Both the position numbers and the translations under genes were made by a program. A stretch of 64,000 nt of DNA from the human T2T-CHM13v2.0 reference genome, Homo sapiens. Shown one piece after another: positions 27,888 through 45,422 of this stretch; position 1 is the stretch's first letter, and every line of letters begins with the position of its first letter. The stretch lies in the NCBI RefSeq assembly GCF_009914755.1, contig NC_060928.1, one strand, 5' to 3'. The notes under the pieces are model-generated. The model was given only the letters and a program-made list of their open reading frames with translations, searched no databases and had not been told where the DNA came from.

Positions 27888-28624
27888 AGTTTAACTAGCA
27901 GAAGGGCCATGTGGTCACCATTGAGAGTCAAAAACAGCAAAGGAGAGCTCCCAGGAAAAGCCACTGTGTATCCCAGAAGTTACTGAATGCCCCAGGAAGT
28001 GGGATGGGCAAGTACGCTCAATACTGTAGAAAGAATGAGAATCCTCACTGAGAAGATGATTAAAGGGAGTAATCAGGAGAGCAGTTTCTAAGTAATTTTG
28101 AGACAGAGGTTGCAATTTTAGTAAAAAGATAAATGAGTTAAAGGTTCTTCACTAACTACCTATGTTTTAGAAACATTTGATAGTTAAATGAAGAAAAGAA
28201 ATAAAAAATAAGGGAAGTGTATGAATAGATTAATCTTTAAAAAAGAGAAAAGAAAATAAACAAGACTCTTAAACATATAAAAATATGCTTAATGTAAAAA
28301 GGTAATTGAAATTAGAGTTATGCTGCAGTATCATTCTTTAGCTGTCATATGGTGATGATGAGAGGAGAGAGGCACTCATATCACTGTTTAAGGGAATAAA
28401 CTGTTACAGTCTCTATGGAATGTAGCTTGGAAATGTGTATGAGCATATAAAATGCATGTTCCATTTGACCTAGAAAATATCTACTTTCAGAAATTATCCT
28501 ACAGATATTCTTGCATATGTGCAGAATGACTTTATATGAAAATATGAATTGCAAAATTATTTGTGACATGAAAACATTATAAATATATTTATAAATTCTA
28601 AATATATTTTAACAGAGAATAGGA

Positions 28625-28900
28625 TAATGATAGAAAAATGTTGAGTACTTACTATGCATTAGACTCATTTTAACTATTTTGTGTGTATTGACTTATTTTA
28701 CTTACTATGCATTAGACTCATTTTAAGTATTTTGTGTGTATTGACTAATTTATTTTCTTTTAATAAAGCTATGACATGGAAATGAATATTATCCTTCTTT
28801 TATAGATGAAGAAGTTGAGGCACAGAGAGGTTAAGCAATTTGCCTAGGGTAACATATCTAGTAAATGGTAGACCTGATATTGGAACCCAGGGCTTAATCT
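28625..28900 (-). mobile_element. MIR with an internal 53-bp tandem duplication, lying between L1ME fragments
   Basis: TTTTATAGATGAAGAAGTTGAGGCACAGAGAGGTTAAGCAATTTGCC core. Confidence 0.8.
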
Positions 28901-29085
28901 TATGATTTTTGGTATAGACATAACTTATATTGTTTTTAAAAATGCGTCTTTTATTGTTGGTCTTAAAAAGAATGAGGTAGACCTGTATGTACTTATATGG
29001 AATAATCTCCAAGACATAGTTCTAAGTGAAAAGAGGATGGTGCAAAACACTGCGTTAAATGTACTATCATTTCTGTAAACAAATA

Positions 29086-29099
29086 TATGTGTGTGCGTA

Positions 29100-29166
<67 letters not shown>
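29086..29166. repeat. (TG)n(TA)n compound microsatellite
   Basis: Directly visible. Confidence 0.95.
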
Positions 29167-29168
<2 letters not shown>

Positions 29169-29220
29169 TTGTCTATGCATAGACTCCACCTAGAAGACTA
29201 TACAAGAAGTAGGAATTGTT

Positions 29221-29650
<430 letters not shown>

Positions 29651-29886
29651 TCAATTTTTTAAAGTAAAAAAATACAATAAATAATATGTAATAAATGGAA
29701 CACTAAAATAAATGAAATAAATAATATGCAAAAATAATGATGCAATATAATAAAATATAGGCAACAATTGACAAAATCTGAGCTTAGAGAGGGTGAAATG
29801 ATTTGGATGAATATGAGTAGGAAAAGGGGTTTAAAGAAGAGGACTACATTGGTACATGAGACTTAATAGAAATGTCTACCACCACA

Positions 29887-31775
29887 TTTTTTTATTGGGG
29901 TAAAAACACATTATGTGAGATCTACCCTCTTAACAATTTTTTAAGGGTATAGTACAGTATTGCTAACTGTTTGCACATTTCTGTACAGCATAACTCTAAT
30001 TTCTTTTTCGTTCTGCATGACTGAAACTTCATGTCCATTTGTATTAGTAAGCTTGGGCTGCCGCAACAAAATACATTTAAAAAGAGGGTTTAAACAACAA
30101 CTATTTATTTTCTCACAGTCCTGGAGTCTAGAAGTCCAAGATCAGGGTACCAGAATTATCAATTTCTCAGGGTTCTTTCCCCGGCTTGTAGGAAGCCTCC
30201 ATCTTGCCATGTGCTCACATGACCTCTTTTTGTGGACTCGAGGAAAAAGAGAGAGAGCAAGCACACTAGTGCCTCTTCTGATAAGGGTACTAATCACATC
30301 AGATCAGAGCTCTACCCTTATGTCTTTATTTAAATCACTCCTTATAGGTCCTGTCTGCAATACAACCAGTTGGGGTCATTAGGGTTTCAACTTATACATT
30401 TTATGGGGACACAATTTACTTAAGTCTATAGTAGCATCGAAGAACAACTCTACATTTATCCCTCCCCACAACTGCTGGCAACCACCATTCTACTCTCTGC
30501 TTCTATGAGTTTAACTATTTTATATACCTCATGTAAGTGGAATCATGAAGCAATGGTCCTTTGTGATTAGTTCATTTCACTTAGCATAATTTCCTCATGA
30601 TTCGTCCATGTTTATCCAGGTTGTAGCATATGACAGGATTTCTTTCTTTTTAAAGGCTAAATAATATTCTGCTGTATGTGTATAGCAGATTTTTGTGTAT
30701 CCATTCATCTTTTGATAGACATTCAGGTTGTTTCCAACTCTTGGCTATTGTGAATAAAGCTGCAATGAATATGGAAATGCAAACATCTCTTTGAGATCTT
30801 AATTAATTCTTTTAGATAAATACCAGAGGTGGGATTACTGAATCATGTGTAGTTCTATTTCTAATTTTTTGAGGAAACTCCATGCTGTTTTCATTACAGC
30901 TGCATCATTTCAGCTGTTTGTAGATGAAGCAGCTGAGGCTTCATAAAAGCTGCATCATTTTATATTTCCACCAACAGTATTCAAGAATCTCAATTTCTCC
31001 ATGTCCTCACCAACACTTGCTATTTTCTGTTTTTTGGTGTAATGGTCATCCTTACAAGTATTGAGGCGATATCTCATCATGATTTTGATTTGCATTTCCG
31101 TGATGATTAGTGATGCTAAACATCTTTTTATATACCTGTTGGACATTTTCATATTTTCTTTGAGGAAATGTCTGTTCAAGTCCTTTGGCCATTTTTTAAT
31201 CAGATTATTTGGAGGATTTTTAGCCATTTAGCCATAGGAGTTTTTTAATATATATTTTGGATATTAAACCTTTTTAGATACATGACTTGCAGTTATTTTC
31301 TTTCATTCTGAAGGTTGTCTTTTCAATCTGTTGATTGTTTCCTTTGCTGCACAGAAGCTTTTATTTGTTATAGTTCCACTTGTCTTATTTTTGCTTTTGT
31401 TATCTGTGCTTTTGGTGTCTTGTCTAAGAAACCATTGCTAAGACCAATGTTATAGAACTTTTCTCTGTGTTTTCTTCTAGAAATGTTATAGTTTCAGGTC
31501 TTATATTTTAGTCTTTAATCCATTTTGAGTTGATTATTGTGTATGATGAAAGATAAGAATATAATTTCATTCTTCTGCATGTGGGTAGACAGTTTTCTCA
31601 ACACTGTATGTTGATGAGACTATCCTTTCCCCATTGTATAATCTTGACACTCTTGTCTAAGATTATTTAACCATATATGTGTGCGTTTATATCTGGTGTT
31701 TTTATTCTGTTCCATTGCCTATATATCTGTCTTATGCCAGTACAATACTGTTTTGATTACTGTACCTTTGTGATT
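29887..31775 (-). mobile_element. L1MA/L1MB 3' part, interrupted by MLT1A
   Basis: Antisense 3'UTR TGAGATCTACCCTCTTAACA; ORF 30955-31227 ([14 protein letters not shown]) resembles L1 ORF2. Confidence 0.88.
30040..30433 (-). mobile_element. MLT1A-like MaLR LTR
   Basis: TGTATTAGT..GGGCTGCC..AACAAAATAC..TCTCACAGTCCTGGAG..GGGGACACAATT. Confidence 0.85.
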
Positions 31776-32064
31776 TTTTTTTCCAATTGGGATTTTGCAA
31801 AAGAATTAAAGCCACAGAAAATCATTTGAGTGACTACTATTCCCAACTCTCCCAGGATGGTACCTAGCTATTACTCTTTGAGGGGCATAAGCGAGAAATT
31901 AGGTCATTAAATACAATGCAACAAATGCCTTGGGGCATAGTGCTTAATGTTCTTGCTGAATCTGACAGAGATTGCTTGGAGTCTCTTTCAGGTATGGGAA
32001 CGAAGAGTGTGTAATGATGAATGTATGTGATGGATGTATGTAATTCAAGCACTTTGGCACAGAT

Positions 32065-32230
32065 AAGACAGTGTGGATGAGGGATCAAGACACCTAGGCT
32101 CTAGTCACTAAACAGTTATGATGTTCTGGGTGACCTTAAACAAGTCACTTTCTTTCTTTGAGCCTCAATCTTCTCCATAAAATGGAAGGTTGGTCTAGGT
32201 GACATCTAAGGGCCTTCTTATTCTGAAATA
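32065..32230 (+). mobile_element. MIR remnant
   Basis: GTGACCTTAAACAAGTCACTT..GAGCCTCAATCTTCTCCATAAAATGG. Confidence 0.7.
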
Positions 32231-32429
32231 AATAAGCCTATAGTGAGAAGGAAGCCTGTTGAAGGCCATTGAGAAAATGAGTTCCTGAAGAACTACTGTG
32301 GCAATGATAAGCAAAAACATTGTCAATATTCCAGAAAACAACTTTGTTAGGCTTATTTTTACCTCCCATATTTCAGCAATTCATATTTTACCATCATGAA
32401 TTCTGTGATTTTGAGTAGCAGGTGTCCTG

Positions 32430-32840
32430 TTATTTACTAAATATATTTTTGACATTGACTCACTTTTAAAATTCAAATACATTTATTTTTGGAAAAAAGT
32501 ATATATTACTACCCTTACTGCATTAAGAAAACCATGGTCATTTGCCAAAAATAGAATAAAAGCAGTGTCATTTGCCATAAAAACAAAACAGTAAATTCTA
32601 CCTAGGTTTTATTGCCTACCAAAGTTCTGAGCCTGAGGCCTGATCTCTTCTTATTGAAAATGAAGAATAGCAAGTGCTAGGGAGATATTAATTGTATTCT
32701 AGCACCAAATAGGACTTTCTCCATCTATTTTAAAAGATTAAAAACAAATTGAAAAAGGACTAAGTCTTAACTAGTGTATGTTACTTAATGTATATTAAAT
32801 CATTTTAAATAATTTTTTATTACAACTGAAGGTACGTCCA
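32430..32840. mobile_element. Probable old hAT-Charlie (Charlie4-like) fragment
   Basis: TCTGAGCCTGAGGCCTG and CTAGCACCAAA..GACTTTCTCC motifs, recalled from consensus. Confidence 0.45.
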
Positions 32841-33382
32841 CCTTCGACTTCTGCTAAAGGGACACCTTGCTGTAATAGAAAGAACATGGGTGTTGGAGTC
32901 AGTTGGCTCTGGGTGCCAGTTCTGACTCTGCCCTGAGCTAGCTGTGTTCTTCAGGCAATATGCTGAATCTTCAGGGCTTCAGAGTGCTCATATGTAACAT
33001 AAAGATAAAATCCCTTGGCTGATTGTTGAGAGAATAGAAAAAATATATGCAAAATTATGTTTGGAAAGGAAAGGAGTGAGCCAAGAGGCACAACAACAGA
33101 ACAAATGAGCATAACTTGGATTGGCTGGGTGGTGAGTGAGTCAAAGTAGTGGGGGCCATTATCAGCCAGGGGAGGAGAACAATGCCCCAAGTGTGTCTGA
33201 AGGACAGGAAGGGGTGATGAATTCAGATATGGTCATATTGAATTTGAAGTTTGGGTTGATGTTAAAATGGAAACTAAAGATGTTATAATGACTAGGAGAT
33301 AAATAGATATGAGGTGACGTGCCTTAGGGTGGTCATAATGGTGGAAGCATTCTCTGAAGAGCAGTACCCCCCGGGGATTGAT

Positions 33383-36957
<3,575 letters not shown>

Positions 36958-38394
36958 AAAAAAATGTTAAATAAATAAATACAAAAATATTGAAATGGGC
37001 TCACAGTTCTAGTACTAGGTTTCACACAAGTAGATTTCATAATAGTGAGAAGGATATTTTGGAGTTGAAGCGAGAATTTGCGGGTCAAAGGAAGCCACAT
37101 AAATAACTGGGAATGGCAGATGGGAACAAGGGCTATCTTCCTTCTCTAAAGTGTTTTGAAACATAAGTATTAGGGGCATGAAGAATGTCCATTTGAAAAA
37201 GTTTTTTGAGGTTAAAGAGAAGTGATTTTCTGAAATATTTTTTAGGAAAACCTGTTCCAGTATTATAGGGATTCTAGAGAGATCAGGGTAGGTGACCATG
37301 AAATGTATTTAAGAGAGCAAGGGATAAATTGACACAGAAAAAGGAAATAATGATAGTTAAAAAATAAGATTACTAAAAGCAAAAATGACATGGAGAGTAT
37401 TTTACTTGGGGCTAGTAATTGGGGATCATAAAATAATAGAGGTTAGAGGTTGGGAGGAGGCTGAACGTGTACAATTGCTGAGTAGGTTAAGATTATTTTA
37501 AATGTATGTGTAAAATGAACTAATCCCAAGGTACCCATGTGAAGTATTTACCACTTAAAGACTTATAATGCAGAATCAAGCTCCTTGGTACTTACGATTT
37601 CTTGGGCTTTTGGTAATGGTTATGACGTGGGCTAATAGAAACTTTAAAAACATTGTGTGTTTTTTTTTTCATCAGAAGTAGAAATAATACGAAAAAACTC
37701 TTCTGCTCTGGCCTGCCTTTTTCAAGATTGAAACTGGACCTCACCCTCAGCCTTCTCGGTTCATGTTACCTCCATCCCTCAGCCACCTTGATACTGAAGC
37801 TGCTCCACTCCAGTAATCTCCAAAGTTGTAAAGCCAGCTAAGAAAAGATAACTTTCTCTTTTCACCACCCCAGGCTTCCAGACCTCAAATAATGATGAGG
37901 TTCTTCGTACAATTTTGTTTATAAAAGGAATATAACCACATTGTAGAAACTCTGAAAAACCAAGGAAACAACATCTTGGAATTATCTATAATCCGTCACT
38001 TTAAGAGAATCAATTATATAATTTCAGTGTATTATTCTGCACATTCATATTCTTACATATCTTCAACCACATAGTAAATTTAGTTTTGCATATTATTTTT
38101 TATATTTTAACCTACAGTCATGATTTTTCATGATTGCATGAAATTTATTTTATTTACCAATCTATGAGCATTATCTAGTGTTGTTATACATTGTTTCCAA
38201 TCTTTCACTTCTGTTACTATCACTACTGAGCATCTTTGTGCATATGGTCTTTTCTGTATGTGAAATTATCTCTTTGGAGTGGTATCTCAAATCTGGGTTA
38301 TTATGCTTAGAAAGCCTAAAAAGAATGGTTATTTTTTATTCTTGTTAAACACTTTGATAAATACTTTATATGTAATTTTTAAAATATTACTACT

Positions 38395-38729
38395 TATCTC
38401 AGTTCATTTATGTTGCTAAAACAATACCATTGGCTGGGTAATTTATAAACAACAGAAATTTATTTCACACAGTTCTGTCTGGGAAGTCCAAGATGAAGGC
38501 ACAGGCATCTAGTGTACGCCTTCTTGCTACATCCTGAAATGGCGGAAGGTGGAAGGACTAGAGAGAGTGAACTTACTCCAGCAAGCCCTTTCTAATAACA
38601 ACATAAATTAATTCATGAGGACAGAGTCCTCATGACATAGACACCTCTCAAAAGGCCCCCCTTCCCACTATTGCATTGGGGATTAAGTTTGCATCACATG
38701 AATTTTACAGACACATTCAGACCATAGCA
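38395..38729 (-). mobile_element. MST (MSTC/D-like) MaLR solo LTR
   Basis: CTGGGTAATTTATAAACAACAGAAATTTATTTC..GGGAAGTCCAAGAT..ACATTCAGACCATAGCA. Confidence 0.85.
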
Positions 38730-40151
38730 CTGCCCCTTTATCTGCATTTGGCATTATAACCTCATTTATGGACAGGGCATCTTAAGCTTAGAGAGGTGAA
38801 GTAGATGACACAGCTAGCAAATAAATGAAGCTGGATATGAGCCCAAAGCAGGGAACTAGAAATGAGAAGTTAATACCCTGGATAAGTCACAGCCCAAAAA
38901 GAATGTGGGAAGGAAGAGTTTGCAGTTGAGGTTAGCAGCATCAATGCTTTATAAAGGAAACTTCGTCCTTTTGACTGCAGTGCCTGTCTGCTCCGTATAG
39001 TGAGCCTGACAGACTATCTCCCTAGAAACTACGGAGTAATATCAAATTACTATATACATTAAATTATTTATAAATTAAATAAAAATAAATAAATTACATA
39101 TACATTAAATATACATTAAATTACTTTGTATTACTTTAATATAAATATTAAATGTTACTTTATACCTTTGAAGTAGGAAAAGTTTGCTCATAATGTTGAG
39201 TGCTGACATAGACACTTAAGGCATGAAGGTAGCTTTAATTATTGGTTTAGTGGATGACCATATATATCAAATCAAAAGCTTTAAGGACCCATATCTCAGA
39301 CTTAAGTCACTGATTTTCTTTCTATGAATAGAAATCCTAGAGATACTTTTCCCTCTAGTATTAAACTTCTGCCAACAAATTTAACTAAATAATAACTATA
39401 GATTTGAACAATAGATCCCAACTTGCTTAACAGTTAAATTTCCATGGTCAAAAATTAAGTACAAATATCCAATGATGTGGCCTTTAAAATGATGTATTTA
39501 TCTTTCCATTTGGGCCTCATCACAGGACTATGGATAAACAAGTGGAAATTCCAGAAGTGCATTGTGGATAACAAACAAAGTTTGTAGGATTTTATCTGTA
39601 GAAACTCTCATCTGTACTTTAGTTACAAAGCAAAGTCAACCCCTGCCCAAGAATCTGGTATCTTTTAGTCTCTAAATAGTATTCCTTACATTAGTGATGA
39701 GACAAAAAGATGATCTGAAACCAGATCTACAGACATTCATTTCTTTTTCTGATTCTCAGAGGGATTCGCCAAAAGAATGAAATTCAGTCCTATGAAAAGA
39801 ATTTTAGAAGCATGTGCAGTGAACTGGAATAATATGGGAGGAATGAAAAAAATAAATACATCATTCACCACAAAGAATAGGCTTTTAAAATTCCAACAGG
39901 AAAATATCCTGCTGTTGCCTAAGAAATGAATCATTAAGCTCTGTCCCACTATAAGGTGAAGCTATTTATTCATTTGCCTATAACACATGTGCCTAAGTTA
40001 GACTTTATTTTTTTTCTTTAGAAGATCTGATGTAATTCTGTTCAAGTCTAGAAGAATCTAAGCTTTCTATCTCGATGCTGTTTGCAAGTTTCTTTCTTGG
40101 GCTTCCTCTCCTTCAGTTTCCTTACTTGTGATTTTAATAAGTATAAATTTA

Positions 40152-40282
40152 GGCTAGGTGCTGTGGCTCAAATCTGTAATCCCAGCACTTTGAGAGGCTG
40201 AGGCAGGGGGATCACTTGAGACCAAGAGTTCAACAGCTTGGGCAACATAGTGAGATGCCATCTCTCCATTTTTTTAAAAGAA
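40152..40282 (+). mobile_element. FLAM / free left Alu monomer
   Basis: Single left monomer with degenerate flanking repeat (A/G)TATAAAT. Confidence 0.8.
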
Positions 40283-41389
40283 TATAAATGTAAACATCGA
40301 GGAACAAAGTTTAAAGAGATTCCACAATGCTCATGAATATGTATATAAAATATATATCACATATTAAATACAATGAAAATCATTTGCTATTTAAAGGAGA
40401 TACATAGCAAATAGCAAATGTTTCTTTATAAAATAAATGTGTTCTGTAAAAGAGCTTTTCCAACATCATAAACTCATAGTTATCAGAACTGACTAAAGAT
40501 TATGGGTTTGATTTTGTCATTTCACAGCCATGTTTATTCATGTAGAAATATAGCTGGTGGTGAAAAGAGAACAGATCATGTAGGTTTATATTACTGGAGG
40601 GAGGGAGTGACAAAGCCTGGAGTTTCCTGAAGGAATAGTGAGAATAGAGCTGAGTACAGGCCAATTCCAAGAAGGCATGCCACGATGGGAAAAATAATCC
40701 AACTGGTGAAGTCTCCCTTATCTTTAACCAACCCAACATATACAAAGCCAGGACTGGAGGCCACATGGTCATAGGAAATAAAGGGGGATATGACAGCTTC
40801 TGCGCCATCCACTGAGTTAATGTTAAAGTGATAATTTGGGGCTGATGAAACTTGTCGGTGCAATGCCTTCACTTTAAGTGATAAAATTATAAGAACTAGG
40901 TTCATATAATATACATCCTGGTATAAACTGCACTTTAAAAATGCAAGCTGCTTTATCATAATCAAAACTGAGGTCTTCTGAACCAACAGTAAGAGATACA
41001 GTAATCATTTCTGTCCTAGAAATGTAGGTCAAATTCAAGCTTAATGTCAGGAACAGAAGAGACACAAAGTATAGGTTTCCTTTTCTTTCCTTCTGCTCCA
41101 TCGAATCTTCACTACTTTCAGGCTGGGTAAGATGTATACAAAATCCATGGTCCAGACACCCAAAGTAATTCTCCACAATTGGACCATTAGTGGTGGATAC
41201 TGATGATGCATTATTGCTCAGGCACATAGCTTTGTTTCTATGAAAGTTTTATATAGTGGAGCATCTGTGTTAAGCTATGCATCAATTAATATAAATATTA
41301 CTTAAACGTTATTGAAATAAGGGATAGAGGAAATAAATTTTATTTTGTTGAGGTACTCTGCCAAGTTTGAGGGTAACTTGATTCCCAAG

Positions 41390-41835
41390 TGTATCAATTC
41401 CTGTTCTCTGGGAATAAGACACTGTAGGCAATTAGAAGTACGAGATATTAATTGGGAAAACACTTGTGAAGAATGTAGAATGGAGAGGAGAGGAAGGAGA
41501 AGCAGGCAGCAAGAACCTTCAGATGACACTAAGGAATGACACTTATGAAAAGAGAAAAGAAGGGACAGAGGACTGAATAAGAAGAGTAAGGCAGTACATC
41601 TCCAAGAAAGTCTAAGCCCGGCGGATGACGAGCCTTGGGGGAAAGATTGTTCCTTAGAAGAGTCCCTCATCAAGTAAAAATCACCTGATCACTACTTTCA
41701 CCATGCTCAGTCATTAGCTGGGAGCAGCCAAGTAGTTTATGGCCTTAAAGTGAATGCTTCTTTCTGTCTACCAGGTGTGTAAGATGGGTCACTCTTGAAG
41801 GCAGGTCATGTACCTCCATGATGGCTAAACCACAT
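41390..41835. mobile_element. Old ERVL LTR (LTR33-like)
   Basis: TTCTCTGGGAATAAGACACTG..., CCATGCTCAGTCATTAGCTGGGAGCAGCC motifs. Confidence 0.55.
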
Positions 41836-42302
41836 CCAGAATTTCTGCACAACATGACCACTCAGAAGCCCTCCATCAATTTTCCAAAACTTTATTAAGT
41901 CCAGAACAAAGATAAAAAATTATAGTAACTTTTTCTCTTGTGTGCCATGATAGACATCACTAATCAATCATTGTAATCTTTTTCTGCTGATCTCAGACAT
42001 AAATACATAATTCTTTTCAACACAGCTCCCTGGAAAGCCACTATAATGGACTTGGCATGTGAGATAAAACCTAACTGCTATTTCTGGTTAGGTCTCTGAC
42101 CTTTCTCTGTGGATAGAAACAGAGATATAGGTCAGCATGAAATGTTATGAAAGTGAAATTTGGGCTTCACATATGGATGTTTGGCTGGACATCGACACAT
42201 TTTCAGTGACTCTACATACAGAATTCTCTCAAAAGATATACATACTATGCTGACTATATATATTATATATATATATTATAGATACACATATTTGTATGTA
42301 TA

Positions 42303-43789
42303 CAGTCATGTTCCATATAATGGCATTTAACAGACTGCATATACCACAGTGGTCCTAACCATTCAAACATCATAGTACAAGGCATTACTCACATATTTGT
42401 GGTGAGGCTGGTATAAACTACTGAACTGCCACTTATATAAAAATATAGCACATTTGATTATGTACAATACATAATATTTAATACTGATAAATTGTTATAG
42501 ATTTATGTATTTACTATATTATACTTTTTATGGTTATATTCTAGTGTTCTATTTATTTTAAAAAGTTAACTGTAAAACAGCCTCAGTTTTACAGTTCTTT
42601 GATTTCTTTCATCAGAGTTTTATAGTTTCTGTTTTATAGGTCTTGTACCTATTTTATTAGACTTACAACTAAGTATTTCATTTTGGTGGTGCTAATGTTA
42701 ATGGTATTATATTTTTAATTTCAAATTACCCTTGTTTGTTGCTGTTATTCCAGGAAGTATTATTCCAAGAGGTATTTTGGAAGAAGGCACTGTTACCATA
42801 GAAGATGACATCTCCATGCATACTATTGTCCCTGAAAACCTTCTAGTGGGACAAGATGTGGAGGTGGTAGTAGACAGTGATATTGATGATCCTGACCCTG
42901 TGTAGGCCTAGGCAAATGTGTGTGTTTGTGTCTTAGGTTTTTTTTTTTTTTCTAGAGATGGGGTCTTGCTATGTTGCCCAAGCCGGAGTTCAACAGCTAT
43001 TCATAGGTACAATGATAGTGCACTACAACCTTGAACTGCTGGGATCAAGTGATCCTCCTGCCTCAGCCTCCCAAGTAACTGAGACTACAGGCCCCCTCCA
43101 CAACACCCAGGTATGTCTTAGTTTTCAACAAAAAGACAAAAAGTTAAAAAAAATAGAAAAAAGCTTATCGAATAAGGACATAAAGAAAGAAAGTATTTTT
43201 GTACAGCTTTACAATGTGTTTGTGTTTTAATTAGTTATTATAAAAGAGTGAAAAACAAAACTATTTAAAAAATTTATAAAGTAAAAAGGTTATAGTAAGC
43301 TAAGCTAATTTATTATTAAATAAAAAGTGTTTTAATAAATTTAGTATAGCCTAAGTGTATAGTGTTTATAAAATCTACAGTAGTGTAAAATAAATGTTCT
43401 AGGCCTTCATATTCGCTCACCGCTCATTCACAGATTTACCCAGAGTAACTTCAAGTCCTATAAGCTCTATTCATGGTAAGTGCCCCACACAGGTGTACCA
43501 TTTAAATATCTTTTATACTGTATTTTTACTGTACCTTTTCTATGTTTAGGTATGTTTAGGTGCATAAATACTCACAATTGTGCTACAATGACCTACAGTA
43601 TTCAGTGGTGTGACATGCTATATAGGTTTGTAGTATAGGAGCAATGGGCTATATTATACATCCTAGGTGTGTAGCACGCTATACCATGTAGGTTTGTGTA
43701 AGTACATTCTATGATGTTCGCACAAGGATGAAATCGACTAATGATGCATTTATCAGAACATATGCCCTTCATTAAGTAATGCATGACTG
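42303..43789. mobile_element. Tigger3(b) TcMar-Tigger DNA transposon with nested inserts
   Basis: TIRs CAGTCATG / CATGACTG with TA flanks; GTGGGACAAGATGTGGAGGTGG..GACAGTGATATTGATGATCCTGACCCTGTGTAGGCC internal motif. Confidence 0.9.
42938..43111 (-). mobile_element. FAM (fossil Alu monomer)
   Basis: Monomer retaining the 7SL-like GCTATTCATAGG..ATAGTGCACTACA segment; TSD TGTCTTAG. Confidence 0.85.
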
Positions 43790-45422
43790 TACCTATATAC
43801 ACACAAACATTTTTTTCAGTCAAGGAAGCCGCATTTGTGATCATTTCATACTTTCACTGTAAACATGTGATAGACCCTTCAAAGCTCTGAACTATATTTT
43901 TCATCCTATATAATTGGTTTCTTTATTTTGGGGGTAAGACTCAGCTTCCTCCTTCTTTAAACTGCCAGCCCCACATGCTTTGCTGACACTACATTTCTTG
44001 GCATATCTTTGTGTGTGTGTGTCGTTCCAAGTGCAATTGGAAGCAAGTCCGGGTTGACTGCCTCAAGGTTTGTATTATTTTATAGAGTACTTGGCATAAT
44101 CTTTACATTATAGGTATTATTCTTTAATGCAAAAATGGAGTAATACCATTACAGTAGAGATCAAATTGGGTTTTGCCCATCCACTTCTTACATGTCTTTA
44201 AAATTTTTCATTTCTTCAAGTTCCCCTGGTTAAAGGAGAAAGAAATCCCTAGAGCAAAAGTTCTCTAAGGAATTATGCTTATGTATTAAATTCTTGCCAC
44301 TGGGCAAATCTCCTGACCCAGAAAGATTTATTCTAAAACTTTTATAAATAATCCTATCCCTTTCATATACTTCTCCCTGCATTCTAATTACATTTTTTGA
44401 GAAATGCGAGAACAAATTTCATTGCAACTATTCTTATAAGAGATGAAGGTGGTTTAACTTGAGCTGCTGAGTAAAACCCCATCGCCCTTTTCAATATATT
44501 TTCCCCAAAATCTTTATCAATCTGTCAAGCAGAATTTATTCTTCCTGATGTGATTGGATTTTTGAAAGGAAGAGGAGTTGAACATACTGAATTACTCATT
44601 TATGACTCAGTGTGGGGTTATTCTGAAACTACACACTGGGGTACAGAGGCCGGCATGTGGGCTGAGCACCAATTTAAACTGGGTTGCCTCAGAAGTTAAT
44701 GTGGTCCCTGGTCACCACAATTAGAGGCACTGAAAATTTGCATGTGAATGTGTGTGCTTAATTCTTAACAAATTAAGGCCTGACCAAGCAATTAGGCATA
44801 GAAGCCATAGAAAATGTAAATTGGTAGGAGGGAATGAAAACACTGGGGCTGAAGCACATCTCCTTGGCATAAGGACACAGAAAAACAGGCAATGCAATAT
44901 TTGTTTTATTCATTGCATCCAAACTTATCGGACTGCTGGGTCTAAGAAGCAAGTTTGCTGTAAAGATGCTAAATATGTATTAAGTCTCCTTGTATGGCAT
45001 ATTTAGGGAGGTGCAAAGGGATGAGGGTGTTGGCTGATGAGTCAGACAGTGGCTTTCATTTTCCAATGTATCCCGCATTAGGTCTTCAGTGGCCCTGTTA
45101 TATGGCTGACTATTGCCCATTTCCCTGTATGCCCACTTCCATTCTTGGATACATAGAAGGTAGAGAGGCTCCTATAATTGGAAAATAATCTGGATTTTGT
45201 TTTACATTTGGTTTTAAATATACAGACATATTGTAAGTGTTTGGTTGAGTGGCATACATATCCAATAACAAACAGGTCACAGAGGAACCTAGAGAGGACC
45301 CTGAAAAGGAGACCTCTGTAAGAGGAGAAGGAAATTTGGTATGCAGAATCAGATCCTACCATAGGTCCTCGGCTGGGGTAGAAAGATGATTGGTTCCAGC
45401 TACACATGTCTGATACTGTAAC

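Noticed and set aside
40500-41673. Cluster of 100-130 aa minus-strand ORFs
   Set aside because: Overlapping frames, no recognisable domain, no convincing splice sites; partly LTR-derived.
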